A stretch of 57,120 bases of DNA, from positions 1 to 57,120 of the forward strand of contig SLDR01000028.1 of the NCBI GenBank assembly GCA_007125155.1. The letters run 5' to 3'. The notes beneath the pieces were generated by a model. That model saw nothing but the letters and a program-made list of their open reading frames with translations. It searched no databases and was not told the DNA's origin. This DNA comes from Candidatus Campbellbacteria bacterium. GTDB lineage: Bacteria; Patescibacteriota; Minisyncoccia; Phycocordibacterales; CSBR16-193. Each line of letters begins with the position of its first letter. Positions within the stretch are counted from its first letter, which is position 1. The position numbers were made by a program, and so were the translations under genes. This document shows positions 20,488 through 30,437 of the stretch, in pieces.

Positions 20488-21468
20488 TCATTGATCTTCC
20501 TTTTTCACCAGACCGACAAGCCCTTTTGAAAGTTCGTCAATGGAATCATCATCCAGAACGGAAACCGAATAAGTATCCAGTCCCGTTTCCTCAGAAACGT
20601 TATCCTTCAATTTCTTCAAATCTTCACGACCTACGACATCGGATTTGGTAATAATTATGATCTTAGGTTTAATAAGTATCTCGGGATCATAAAGTTCAAG
20701 CTCATTCTTAACAGCTTCAAATTCCGAGAGCAGATCTTTACTTTCGGAGGAAATGCAAAAAGCCAAAATACGGGTCCGGGAAATATGTTTTAAAAAAGAA
20801 TGACCAAGACCTTTACCCTTCGAAGCACCCTCTATCAATCCCGGAATATCGGCAATGATCACGCCATGCAAAGACCCCAGATATGGCTCAACAGTTGTGA
20901 ACCTATAGTTTCCCACCTTGCTTTTAGCGCCCGTCAGTGAATTGAGAAGCGTCGATTTTCCGGCATTTGGAGACCCGACCAATCCTATATCGGCAATAAG
21001 TCGAAGTTCGATCGAAAATTTGGCGCTTTCACCCGATTTGCCGTCAGTCTGCTCCTTGGGAGTAATATTTTTCGAACTTTTGAAGTACTCGTTACCCAAA
21101 CCGCCCTTACCTCCTTTCAGGAGAATGACCTCGTCCCCTTCTTTCAAAAGCTCCCATTTTTCACCCGTATCTTCATTTTTTATAACGGATCCGACAGGTA
21201 AAAAAAGTACGAGATCCTCTCCCTTTGCACCGGTCCGACTATTTTTCATCCCGTCTTGACCGTTCTTTGCCGAAAGCTTAGAAAATTGAGCGTAGTGGGA
21301 AAGTTTGGTTATATCCCTAACCGCCTTAGCGTAAACATCTCCTCCGCGACCCCCATTTCCTCCGCTGGGTCCGGCTTTTTCCTTGTACTTCTCATGACGC
21401 CAACGCACAACGCCGTCCCCTCCCTTACCTGCGCTCAGGTTTATTTTCAGTTCATCGGTAAAAGCCAT
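20488..21468 (-). CDS. obg: GTPase Obg/CgtA
   Basis: Gly-rich Obg fold, GLVGSPNAGKST, FTT, DIPGLIEGA, TKSD. Confidence 0.97.
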   Translation of the reverse strand: MAFTDELKINLSAGKGGDGVVRWRHEKYKEKAGPSGGNGGRGGDVYAKAVRDITKLSHYAQFSKLSAKNGQDGMKNSRTGAKGEDLVLFLPVGSVIKNEDTGEKWELLKEGDEVILLKGGKGGLGNEYFKSSKNITPKEQTDGKSGESAKFSIELRLIADIGLVGSPNAGKSTLLNSLTGAKSKVGNYRFTTVEPYLGSLHGVIIADIPGLIEGASKGKGLGHSFLKHISRTRILAFCISSESKDLLSEFEAVKNELELYDPEILIKPKIIIITKSDVVGREDLKKLKDNVSEETGLDTYSVSVLDDDSIDELSKGLVGLVKKEDQ

Positions 21469-21476
21469 ACTTTTTA

Positions 21477-22385
21477 TTAAAGCTGATCTATTAAGGCACC
21501 TTCGATCGCTGTTTGAGCCAACTTTTCAGCTCCTTCTTTAGATCTTGCTACCGAGAGAAACCCTTTATCATGAGAAAATACGGCATCTTCAACACCGGTT
21601 ACCTCAGCCAATTCCGAATCTTTCTTTCCAGCCCATTCCTTTGGAAAAGGCGAACGGGATCTGAATGAGTCCTTATGCTTGGGCACAGATTGAGCATGCC
21701 ACATTTCACCGCTTAAGCTCGGATAAATAACGAAAAGCGGTTCCGGATGGTTTGAGATGGCCGATTTCCATGGATAATATTTATCCAAAACAATGACACG
21801 TTTATCCTTTGAGTCATTAAAACGCTTCTCAACGATCTTTGTAGCCTCTTTTACATCCTTTGCCAAACGTATCTCTCTTCTCAAGATCTTTATTGCGATA
21901 CTGACACAGTTGTTAAACACAAGATCGGTATCGACGTCGTTCTCTTTCCATGTAGGCAAAAAAGCTTGGAACATATCTTGAATGGTGTAAGGACTTATGC
22001 CCGGGAACAGATTGCTTGATACTTTGACCCCGTTGTCTTCAGCGTCAACGGGCTGAACTATCTTCTCATCAATTGCATCAGCTATCTCCCCATCTCCCGT
22101 GATCTCCCTGCCATAAGATCTCCAAACAAGCCCGAAAGACGCATAAGGGACTCCGTTTGACCTCTCTCCCGCCCCTCCTTCTTGATGATGGTCAAATCTC
22201 TTTTTTTCGGGATCATATTCACCCCCTATATCGACCACGAAATCGGCCATTCTTACCGCCTCCTCACTGCGTGTCCGTATCACCTCCATATCAGCATCAT
22301 CTCCCAAAAAGAGACGGAGTGTCGCAACCGCGAATATGTCGTCGCTGTGAAAGGGGTCATTATGTGTAACTATTTTTGTTTTCAT
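21477..22385 (-). CDS. MYG1 family (DHH-like) nuclease
   Basis: THNDPFHSDDIFA, VVDIGGEYD...FDHHQ, DAEDNG. Confidence 0.92.
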   Translation of the reverse strand: MKTKIVTHNDPFHSDDIFAVATLRLFLGDDADMEVIRTRSEEAVRMADFVVDIGGEYDPEKKRFDHHQEGGAGERSNGVPYASFGLVWRSYGREITGDGEIADAIDEKIVQPVDAEDNGVKVSSNLFPGISPYTIQDMFQAFLPTWKENDVDTDLVFNNCVSIAIKILRREIRLAKDVKEATKIVEKRFNDSKDKRVIVLDKYYPWKSAISNHPEPLFVIYPSLSGEMWHAQSVPKHKDSFRSRSPFPKEWAGKKDSELAEVTGVEDAVFSHDKGFLSVARSKEGAEKLAQTAIEGALIDQL

Positions 22386-22459
22386 TTTTTAAGTTTATTA
22401 ACCGATAATGATGTCTAATGATCTCGAGTGCCGATCGTAATGATCCGTAAAAACAACTA

Positions 22460-22813
22460 TCAGTGTGAATGAACGGAGTGGACCAGCCTGTTTCCGAGCC
22501 AATTCAAAACAGCCACCAGAGCCGCCGCTAAAACCGCCCACCAAAATCCGGCCACATCCAAACCTTCAACGAACGAGGCCAAGAAAAGAAGAAGTAAGCC
22601 GTTTATGACAAAAGTAAAAAGACCGAAAGTGAGAATATTCAAAGGAAGAGTTATTACTATCAACAGAGGACGTATAAAAATATTCAGAAGACCCCAAAGA
22701 AGGGCCACTATCAGAGCGATGTACGGTCCGGATACCGTGACGGCATCAAGCACTTCGGCAACTATGATAATAGACAGCGCCCCTATAAGCCATTTCGCCA
22801 ATACTAACGACAT
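22460..22813 (-). CDS. YvlD-like four-TM membrane protein (holin superfamily IV annotation)
   Basis: LLNIFIRPLL..ITLPLNILTFGLFTFVING signature. Confidence 0.85.
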   Translation of the reverse strand: MSLVLAKWLIGALSIIIVAEVLDAVTVSGPYIALIVALLWGLLNIFIRPLLIVITLPLNILTFGLFTFVINGLLLLFLASFVEGLDVAGFWWAVLAAALVAVLNWLGNRLVHSVHSH

Positions 22814-22929
22814 GCTCTGAATTTTATCATAAATAAACAATGCTTCCCAAGCGGAGGATCTTTAAAAAGACACTTTATCCATAATACCGAAGGCTCAGAT
22901 ACGGTCTGCTACGGACTATCACGATCACC

Positions 22930-24912
22930 CTAATTCGTTTTTTCGGATCTGAGTTCTTCCAGTTTGCTTACATACTCCATTACGGTAATGATGAATTCGG
23001 CGTGACTCCATATCAACGGAGCAACCGATATTTGATCACCGGTATAAGGATCAATTTGCTCCGATAGAACCCCGGAAGGTAGAGCGTGATCGACCGCCCA
23101 CATCAGTTCATCATTCACAAATTCAAGTTCCTCTTCGGTGCTCGCTCTGGCTATTTTATACTGAATAAGCCACAAAGTCGTTACAAACCAAGGATTCCCG
23201 GGTACATTATTATAACCTTTGCCCGGAGCATGATACATGTCTTTCTCGTACCGAGCGGTGCCTCCCACAGGTATGGGATCGCTGATGGCTTTTTTCGTTG
23301 ACTCAAAAGCTCTATCCATTCTCTCATCATCAACCGAAAGAACCCCCAGACGAAAACATCCGTAAAAAGAGCTCGCATCTATTGTCTTATTTCCTTTGAC
23401 CTCCCCGTCCTCCAAACTGACCGATTTCAAAAACACCCCTCTTTCCTCATCGTAAAGATATTTTATGATCAGATCTTTTATTTCTTCGGCCGTTTGGGCA
23501 TATCTGTCCCGATCATCATTCTTACCCAAAAGATCGGCAAATTTGGAAGCGGCCACCAAACCGCCATATACCGTGGCGCAAGTGAAAGTGGAAACGGCAT
23601 AATTCTCCTCCCAGAGATCATAGGTGGGACGAGGCAAACCTGTAGCGTCATCTCTGTAGTTCCTTATGAAATCAGCTCCCTTCTTCACTAAAGAGTTATA
23701 AACCTCTTCAATGAACTCCAGATTCCTGTTAAATCTATAATGCTCCCAAAGTCCAAATAACAAAAGAGCCGTCTCGTCTTCCTGAATGGCTAACTGTGGC
23801 TTTTCTCCTTGGGTCCACGGATGCCAGGAGCTCCCCAAGGACATATCCGGTAAATATTTATGCAGTATATAACCACCATCCGTTATGACGTTATTGCAGA
23901 ATCGATAAAAACGCTCAGATACCTCGGAGTGACCGACCTTATCCATACCCAACGCGATGAAAACTCCATCACGAGGCCAAACATAACTATACGTATCACG
24001 TCCATGCTGAAACTGAGCGGAATCTCCGGATGCGATTATTCCGCCTCTGTTGTCACAATGGGTTCTTACGACAAGCAGAGATCTTTTGAAAAGAGTCTTG
24101 GCCTTGTCGGAAAGATCCTCAAGCTCAATATCAAAATTATTTACCCAAGCATGCCAAAAATTACTGGTGGTCTCGATTACATGATCTTCCGTTTTGTAGA
24201 TCAAATGACCTTGAAGTCTCTCCACTTCACCGAGTGTCTCTCCTACACATATCCAATAGTTGGCACGACTCTCACTTTTTGCGTTTATCTTGAATACCAA
24301 TCCCAAAGTGGAATCAACAGAACCGTGCTCGATCGGATTCCTTGAGAGTATTCCGTCTTCAGCATCCCTCCAAGTGCCCTCTTTTCCTTCTATGTTGAAA
24401 AGTCCGGTAGAATACTCGGAAAAGAATTCTTTGTTATCACTTCTGCCACCCACTAAAAAGACCCTTCTGCCTTTGTAATGAATAAGGGCATGTAATGCAG
24501 GATTATAATAAGCCGTATCCGCATAATATGTCTGCGAGATCTCGAACTGCTGATTAAAGAAGACCTTAACTTCACGTTCTCCGTCGGCATGATTCTCGAT
24601 CCTTATAGAACGCAAAAATATATTCTTTTCATTGTACACCACATCAGTGAAATAGACCGAGAGGCGCATTTTGTCATTATGCGCCCTTATATCGGAAGTC
24701 AACATGTCCTCTTTGTAATAAGGATCAATGCTCCATTCGTCATCAGAAAACCAGCTGACCCTTCCGTCAGCCCAAACTCCTATCTTGTGCACATCCCTCC
24801 TCCCTATGTGATTCTCAGAGCCCACGTAAGGAAAATAAAAGTCTCGGACCTGACCGTATTTATCCAGGCAAACCAATATCATTCCATTACCAAGGACCAA
24901 AGGTCTAGACAT
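22930..24912 (-). CDS. Glycoside hydrolase family 15 (glucoamylase-like)
   Basis: YSYVWPRDG, QEDETA, YDLWEE, LSEQ...PLIWSHAEF. Confidence 0.92.
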   Translation of the reverse strand: MSRPLVLGNGMILVCLDKYGQVRDFYFPYVGSENHIGRRDVHKIGVWADGRVSWFSDDEWSIDPYYKEDMLTSDIRAHNDKMRLSVYFTDVVYNEKNIFLRSIRIENHADGEREVKVFFNQQFEISQTYYADTAYYNPALHALIHYKGRRVFLVGGRSDNKEFFSEYSTGLFNIEGKEGTWRDAEDGILSRNPIEHGSVDSTLGLVFKINAKSESRANYWICVGETLGEVERLQGHLIYKTEDHVIETTSNFWHAWVNNFDIELEDLSDKAKTLFKRSLLVVRTHCDNRGGIIASGDSAQFQHGRDTYSYVWPRDGVFIALGMDKVGHSEVSERFYRFCNNVITDGGYILHKYLPDMSLGSSWHPWTQGEKPQLAIQEDETALLLFGLWEHYRFNRNLEFIEEVYNSLVKKGADFIRNYRDDATGLPRPTYDLWEENYAVSTFTCATVYGGLVAASKFADLLGKNDDRDRYAQTAEEIKDLIIKYLYDEERGVFLKSVSLEDGEVKGNKTIDASSFYGCFRLGVLSVDDERMDRAFESTKKAISDPIPVGGTARYEKDMYHAPGKGYNNVPGNPWFVTTLWLIQYKIARASTEEELEFVNDELMWAVDHALPSGVLSEQIDPYTGDQISVAPLIWSHAEFIITVMEYVSKLEELRSEKTN

Positions 24913-24917
24913 GATGG

Positions 24918-25742
24918 CTATCTTAATTTTAAAAATTTAGCCAGAACATCATACATCTCCTTCCTACCGCGCACCTTCTCAAGTTCGTAGGCGATCTCTC
25001 CTTCCTTAAGAACATCTCGAACCCAGGAGGCAAAATCATTCCTGCCATCCGCAGTATGATGATCGAATTGTTTCTTCGTCATGGTACCCAAATAGTATTC
25101 CAGATCCCAGAGATCTTTTAATGTCGGACCGTTATGAATGACAAAATACTGTCCTGCCGGTGCCTCGGTCAAAGCTTCTTTTTTTTCCTTAAAGGATCCG
25201 GGGGAGTGATTCTCTTCTTCCGGTTCGGGTTCGGTCGGAGTTTCGTCAACCTCTCCTTGAGAGGGATGGTCGTCACCACTTTCAACGGGGAGAGCTTCGT
25301 CTTCAGTATCATTCTCAAGAGAGATGGAAATTCGATCATCTTTCGATTCGAATTCAGTCGGAATTACGTCAATCTCCTCCTCAAGTTCACCCTCATCAGG
25401 AGAAGGCTCTTCCTCAACCACTTCCTTAAAATGATCGGAGTTTTCATTCTCTTCCTTCGGTTTGGGTTCGGTCGGAGTTTCTTCATCTCCAATATGAGAT
25501 ATTTCTTCCTCATTTAATTTTCCGACCTCTGGTTCATTGGAAACAACGGGTGATCCTTCTTTAGGTGCCGACTTTTTTTCCCTTCCTTCCAATAAACTCA
25601 TAAGGTCCTCGTCCTCATTTCTTACCGGAATAACTCGCTCTTCTTGCGGAGTTGATGAGAGCTTTTCCGAGCTTTCTTCTTCGTCATAGGTGCCGAAAAA
25701 TTCTTCCCAAAAACTTTTTTTATCTTTTTCTTTGCCACTCAT
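24918..25742 (-). CDS. Acidic low-complexity protein with C-terminal DUF5752-like domain
   Basis: E/P-rich body with a duplicated DETPTEP segment; C-term YFVIHNG...FDHH...RNDFASWVRDVL. Confidence 0.65.
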   Translation of the reverse strand: MSGKEKDKKSFWEEFFGTYDEEESSEKLSSTPQEERVIPVRNEDEDLMSLLEGREKKSAPKEGSPVVSNEPEVGKLNEEEISHIGDEETPTEPKPKEENENSDHFKEVVEEEPSPDEGELEEEIDVIPTEFESKDDRISISLENDTEDEALPVESGDDHPSQGEVDETPTEPEPEEENHSPGSFKEKKEALTEAPAGQYFVIHNGPTLKDLWDLEYYLGTMTKKQFDHHTADGRNDFASWVRDVLKEGEIAYELEKVRGRKEMYDVLAKFLKLR

Positions 25743-25748
25743 AATTTT

Positions 25749-26993
25749 TTACTCGAACATAAGTTCTTTTTTTATTGTATCGATCTTTTTTTTCTCTTTT
25801 TTCTTTTTGTCTATCCTGATCTTCAAGTCGTTCACTACATTGATAAAAGCAATGAAAGCTTCGTAAGGAGATTCGTAGGGATTAAAATACTTATGTACAT
25901 CTCCATCTTGAAACCACTTCGTGCACATGTAATAGAAGTGATCGGAAGTTTGAAGCTTCCTCCAGTTATGAGTTATCTCAGGATCATCCAGTTCGATAAC
26001 GTCTCTCTCCAATTCATAAATACACCTCAAGGCATCGTGTTGTATCTCGTTCGATCTCCAGGCCGATATATCACGCTCGGCATCAGCCCACGAAACATAA
26101 TGTGGCGCCTCTATCTCTCCGACCGGTTCATATCTTTCTATGGCTTCACTGGGGGTAACGAAATTGTTGTCGGGATGTTTAAGGAACTCGGAAGGAAAAT
26201 GCCTCAAGAACTCGAATATCCCGGTATCCTCCCATTGATGCTCTCCGAATGTTTCATAATCCATGAAAAGGTTTATGATCTCGCCGTCACCGTTATAGGC
26301 AGATGCCCACTGTGAGAACTTCTCAGCGGTAAGAGGATATTCCTTCCAGCTTCTTTCTCCAAAACGAAAAGCGATGTCGTCTGACAAACGATAATTCTTT
26401 AACATTAAAACCAGATCGTCCACTCCGGCCGGCTTGTAAAGAAAATTCGGACTCCTCCATCCCAAAACATGATCCGCTCCTTCTGCCAACATGGCCTTAA
26501 AGCCCATTTTTCTAACTTCCCTTACTATGTCGTCACTGTAAATAAGTTCGGTATTCCTGAAGATATCGGGTGCAACATCAAAGACCTCTTTGACCGCCTC
26601 GCTGTGAAGCTTGACTTGTTTCTCAAACTCCTTTTGCGAATACAAAGAAGCCAATGAGTGATAATAAGTCTCGCTCATCACTTCAACCCTACCTGTCTTT
26701 ATCAATTCCCTGAAAGATTCCAAAACTTCAGGAGCATACATTGCACACTGTTCCAGAAAAACTCCCGAGAAAGAGAAACTGGCCCTGAAATGAGGATTTT
26801 CATCCAAAACATTCTTCAATACCCGATTCGCCGGAATATAACATTTATTGGCGACCTTTTTAAGTATACGACAGTTATTCAGATCGGTCTCACTGTCATC
26901 ATTGAAATAATCACGATCACCTACATCGAAAATTCCATACTTCCTCACACGAAAGGGCTGGTGAACTTGGAAGTAAAAGCAAATTGAAGCCAT
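25749..26993 (-). CDS. Glycoside hydrolase family 57
   Basis: FQVHQP, ETYYHSL, FRNTELIY, FMDYETFGEHQW, LQTSDHFYY. Confidence 0.95.
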   Translation of the reverse strand: MASICFYFQVHQPFRVRKYGIFDVGDRDYFNDDSETDLNNCRILKKVANKCYIPANRVLKNVLDENPHFRASFSFSGVFLEQCAMYAPEVLESFRELIKTGRVEVMSETYYHSLASLYSQKEFEKQVKLHSEAVKEVFDVAPDIFRNTELIYSDDIVREVRKMGFKAMLAEGADHVLGWRSPNFLYKPAGVDDLVLMLKNYRLSDDIAFRFGERSWKEYPLTAEKFSQWASAYNGDGEIINLFMDYETFGEHQWEDTGIFEFLRHFPSEFLKHPDNNFVTPSEAIERYEPVGEIEAPHYVSWADAERDISAWRSNEIQHDALRCIYELERDVIELDDPEITHNWRKLQTSDHFYYMCTKWFQDGDVHKYFNPYESPYEAFIAFINVVNDLKIRIDKKKKEKKKIDTIKKELMFE

Positions 26994-27162
26994 GTAATTA
27001 AAAATTATATCTATAATCTTAAGAACTCAGGATATTAAAGTAATCTTTGTATCATAATAACTCGGAGCTTGGGGTTAAATCAATGTTAATAAAAAAAGTC
27101 ACCAAGGTAACTTTTAAACTTCGACCGTCTTTTGTAGAGAAAAGGATTAGAAATAAGGACCC

Positions 27163-28422
27163 CTATCTCGCCAGACTCCTGTAAATACCAAGGATCTTCT
27201 CGCCGGCAGAATTCCAGTCGATTCCCGTAACCTCGATCCTGCCGCTTGCTCTCAAGCACTGCTGAAGAGAAGGATTCCTTAAAACTGAAACGACTTTGTT
27301 GGTCATCTCATCCACATCCCAAAAATTTGCCTTCAGAGCATGATTGACGACTTCACTGACACCCGCCTGGTGGGATATAAGGACGGGAGTATCCTGGATC
27401 ATTGCCTCCAAGGGAGTAAGGCCGAAGGGTTCCGAGACGGAAGGCATGATGTACATGTCTGCAGCCCTATAAACGGTATTTAGGGCTTCACCACGCAAAA
27501 AACCTGCAAAAATGAACCTGTCGGACATCCGGGCGGAAGCGACTTCGCGGATCATCTGCTTTTCCATATCTCCGGAACCGCAAACCACAAAAAAAGTATT
27601 CGGCTCATATTTACGCACCTTTGCGGCCATCTTTACAAAGTAATCCGGTCCTTTCTGAAAAGTTATCCTTCCCACAAAAAGCACTATCTTGTAACCATGC
27701 TCTTTGAGTCCGCTTACCACCGAAGCGGGTGACTCTTCCAACGCATCAGCATAATCTTGATCGTTTATTCCGTTATGAACGACCGTTATCTTGCTCTCCG
27801 GAACGCCATAGCGTTCTATCAAAATGTTCTTTGTAAAGTTGGAAACCGATACGACCTTGTCTGCCAAATGCATTCCCCTTCTTTCAATGTCATAAATATC
27901 TTGATTAACCTTCTCACCGCTCCGATCGAACTCTGTGGCATGTATATGTGCGACCAAAGGCTTCCCGCTGGCTTCCTTTGCCGCTATACCGGCCTCGAAA
28001 GAAAGCCAATCGTGAGCATGAATTACATCGTGTTCCGTCTCATCGGCAACATCACCCGCCAACTCCCCATATCTATAAACCTCTCCGATAAGGGTTCCGG
28101 CATACTGGGCCGACCTGTTTTCCTTTCTTTTCCTTTTCTTTACATTTCCTTCTATTATATCTTCATAAAGATGTTCCTTATAACTCTCAGATGTTACATA
28201 AGGCATGAGCAGAACATCAACCTCCTTTGTGTTAACTGAGTTCATCGTCTTGTCGGCAAACACCACATTCTTGGAAGCCGAACCGATAGGGACTTTTTTA
28301 GGCAGAACGAAAGTGACGTCAGCTCCCCTCGAGCAAAGAGTGTCAACTATTCCCTTGCAGGCAACACCCAATCCTCCACTGTTATGAGGGGGAAATTCCC
28401 AGCCGAACATCAAAACTTTCAT
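27163..28422 (-). CDS. Glycosyltransferase family 4 (alpha-glucan synthase-like)
   Basis: MFGWEFPPHNSGGLGVA, HAHDW, HIHATEFDR, PSVSEPFGLTPLEA. Confidence 0.93.
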   Translation of the reverse strand: MKVLMFGWEFPPHNSGGLGVACKGIVDTLCSRGADVTFVLPKKVPIGSASKNVVFADKTMNSVNTKEVDVLLMPYVTSESYKEHLYEDIIEGNVKKRKRKENRSAQYAGTLIGEVYRYGELAGDVADETEHDVIHAHDWLSFEAGIAAKEASGKPLVAHIHATEFDRSGEKVNQDIYDIERRGMHLADKVVSVSNFTKNILIERYGVPESKITVVHNGINDQDYADALEESPASVVSGLKEHGYKIVLFVGRITFQKGPDYFVKMAAKVRKYEPNTFFVVCGSGDMEKQMIREVASARMSDRFIFAGFLRGEALNTVYRAADMYIMPSVSEPFGLTPLEAMIQDTPVLISHQAGVSEVVNHALKANFWDVDEMTNKVVSVLRNPSLQQCLRASGRIEVTGIDWNSAGEKILGIYRSLAR

Positions 28423-28443
28423 ATATACTTTACACAAGTGTTG

Positions 28444-29529
28444 CTAATAATTGCTTTCATAGTTTGCGACCTTTTGCACCTCATAAGCGTCCGGCGTGGT
28501 AATGAGCGGATATATTTCAATTATAGCAAACATTAAAGCCAATACAACCGGACCAACAATAAATCCTATCGCTCCAAAAAAACTGATCCCGCCCATAACG
28601 GAAAGAAGTACCAAAAAAGGATGTATCTGCATGCGCTGGTCTATTAAAATCGACCCTAAATACTCATCTATGATAATAACGGACATTATACCCCAAGCCA
28701 ATATCCCCACAGCCGACCAAACGAATCCGGTAAAAAAAAGTATCAAGGAGGTGGGGATAATTATCATAAGCGGGCCAACCACGGGAAGCATTGATGTTAC
28801 CGCCGCAATACTCCCCCAAAGTACCGGACTGGGGAGTCCAAAGACAGCGAATCCCGTACCTATGATAAAACCCTGTATGACCCCGACAAGAAGCCTTCCT
28901 CTGACCACGGCGTTGATGGCTTCACCGATCTTGGAAAAAATCGTTTCAGTATAATCTTCTTTCAGAGGGCTAAGTTCCAACAGTTTGTCAACCATCTTCT
29001 TTCCGTCCCTGAAAAGGTAAAACAGCGCCAAAACCAGAAGGAATAAGCCTATCCCAAGCCTCAAGACCCCGGCAAATATTCGGTCAAAGTAATTGACCAC
29101 CGTACTTAGGCCCTGCTGAACCAGATGTTCTATCTCCGTATAACGACGTATTTCAATATCGGCCCCCGGTAAAAGATCCGATATCTTTCTTTCGGCGGAT
29201 ATGATGAATCTGTCGACCGAAACCAAAGCGGCACTACTTTCGATCCCACCTTCATATATACCTCGGGCCTCTTGAAAGATGAGGAACCCTAAAAGTGCAA
29301 CGGGAATGAATATTATAAATAGGACCAGTGCGGTACTGGCAAGGGCCGAAAGGTTATTACTGCCCCTTAAGATCCTTTTTATGAAATTATGCAACGGCAT
29401 AAAAGCAATGACGAAAACTATCGCCAAAAAAATAGAGGCCAGGTAGGTCTTTATAATAAAGAACATCAACACCGTTACCGATAAAGCGAGTACTGCAAAA
29501 AACTTAAGCTGTTCTTTAGCCGCCAACAT
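28444..29529 (-). CDS. AI-2E family transporter
   Basis: Multi-TM protein with FYLFRDG, PVVG and HPFLVLLSVMGG...GFIVGP. Confidence 0.9.
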   Translation of the reverse strand: MLAAKEQLKFFAVLALSVTVLMFFIIKTYLASIFLAIVFVIAFMPLHNFIKRILRGSNNLSALASTALVLFIIFIPVALLGFLIFQEARGIYEGGIESSAALVSVDRFIISAERKISDLLPGADIEIRRYTEIEHLVQQGLSTVVNYFDRIFAGVLRLGIGLFLLVLALFYLFRDGKKMVDKLLELSPLKEDYTETIFSKIGEAINAVVRGRLLVGVIQGFIIGTGFAVFGLPSPVLWGSIAAVTSMLPVVGPLMIIIPTSLILFFTGFVWSAVGILAWGIMSVIIIDEYLGSILIDQRMQIHPFLVLLSVMGGISFFGAIGFIVGPVVLALMFAIIEIYPLITTPDAYEVQKVANYESNY

Positions 29530-29556
29530 TAGGATCTAGAAAATATATTATAAGAA

Positions 29557-30213
29557 CTATTGTACCATGTTCCGGGAACGTCTCTGTGTATAAATCAAGA
29601 CGAAAACAAGAAAGGCTGAAAGTAGAAAAAGAAAGGTGTAGGCGACAATTGATTCGATCTCCGCTATTCTATCGGCGTGACGTCGGTAAGTTTCACCAAG
29701 ATACCATCCCAAAGAAGCAAAAAAGCAAGTTCTGATAGAAACACCCGCAAGTGTTATCAGAGTATAAGTTATGAGTCTCATCTTGATAAATCCGCACATT
29801 GAAGCCAGTACGACACTGGGAACCAAAGGGACGATTCTTAAGAAGAACAACGTTCCTTCATCCCAATAAGTTCTCTTCATCCTCCCTCTTAATCTTTCTA
29901 TGTCATCCCACGAAACCCCGAACCATTTCCCCCATTTATTGACGACCCTCTCCCCAAAAAAGTAAAGCGCTCCGTAAAATAGAAAAGAACCGACCGTAAC
30001 ACCGATGGCGTAGGGAATAGCTATCAAAAATACCAATATAAACAAAAAATCATATGAAAAAGGACCTTCCAAAATAAAGAATCCGGCTGATGTCATTATC
30101 ACCGGTGAAGGCAAAGGAGCTATGATCTCTTCCGTGAATGAAGCCAACAAAACACCCCACACTCCGAAAGAATCTATTATCCCCTCCAAATACTCTATTA
30201 TTCCGGCTATCAT
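29557..30213 (-). CDS. DedA/VTT family membrane protein
   Basis: EEIIAPLPS, FFLRIVPLVP; start could be 30234. Confidence 0.85.
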   Translation of the reverse strand: MIAGIIEYLEGIIDSFGVWGVLLASFTEEIIAPLPSPVIMTSAGFFILEGPFSYDFLFILVFLIAIPYAIGVTVGSFLFYGALYFFGERVVNKWGKWFGVSWDDIERLRGRMKRTYWDEGTLFFLRIVPLVPSVVLASMCGFIKMRLITYTLITLAGVSIRTCFFASLGWYLGETYRRHADRIAEIESIVAYTFLFLLSAFLVFVLIYTQRRSRNMVQ

Positions 30214-30437
30214 GGCAACAGTATACACTATCAAGAAAACGACCGAGTAATTCGTATTAACACATTAATGTCCGGGAGGTTACCTCGATCGAAGGGTCCT
30301 TTCTTTTTTCTAAACAGTAAAGATGATCATGGGAATCGGGAGTATCATGTTCCCGATTACCTATCCAAATGATAATGAAGATAAAAGAATTCGGGTCTGA
30401 AGAAGGCCACCGGATGGGGTCATTCCTCCTCCGAACT

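Noticed and set aside
22460..22813. Prophage inferred from a holin-family gene
   Set aside because: YvlD-like proteins are common chromosomal genes, and no phage genes are adjacent.
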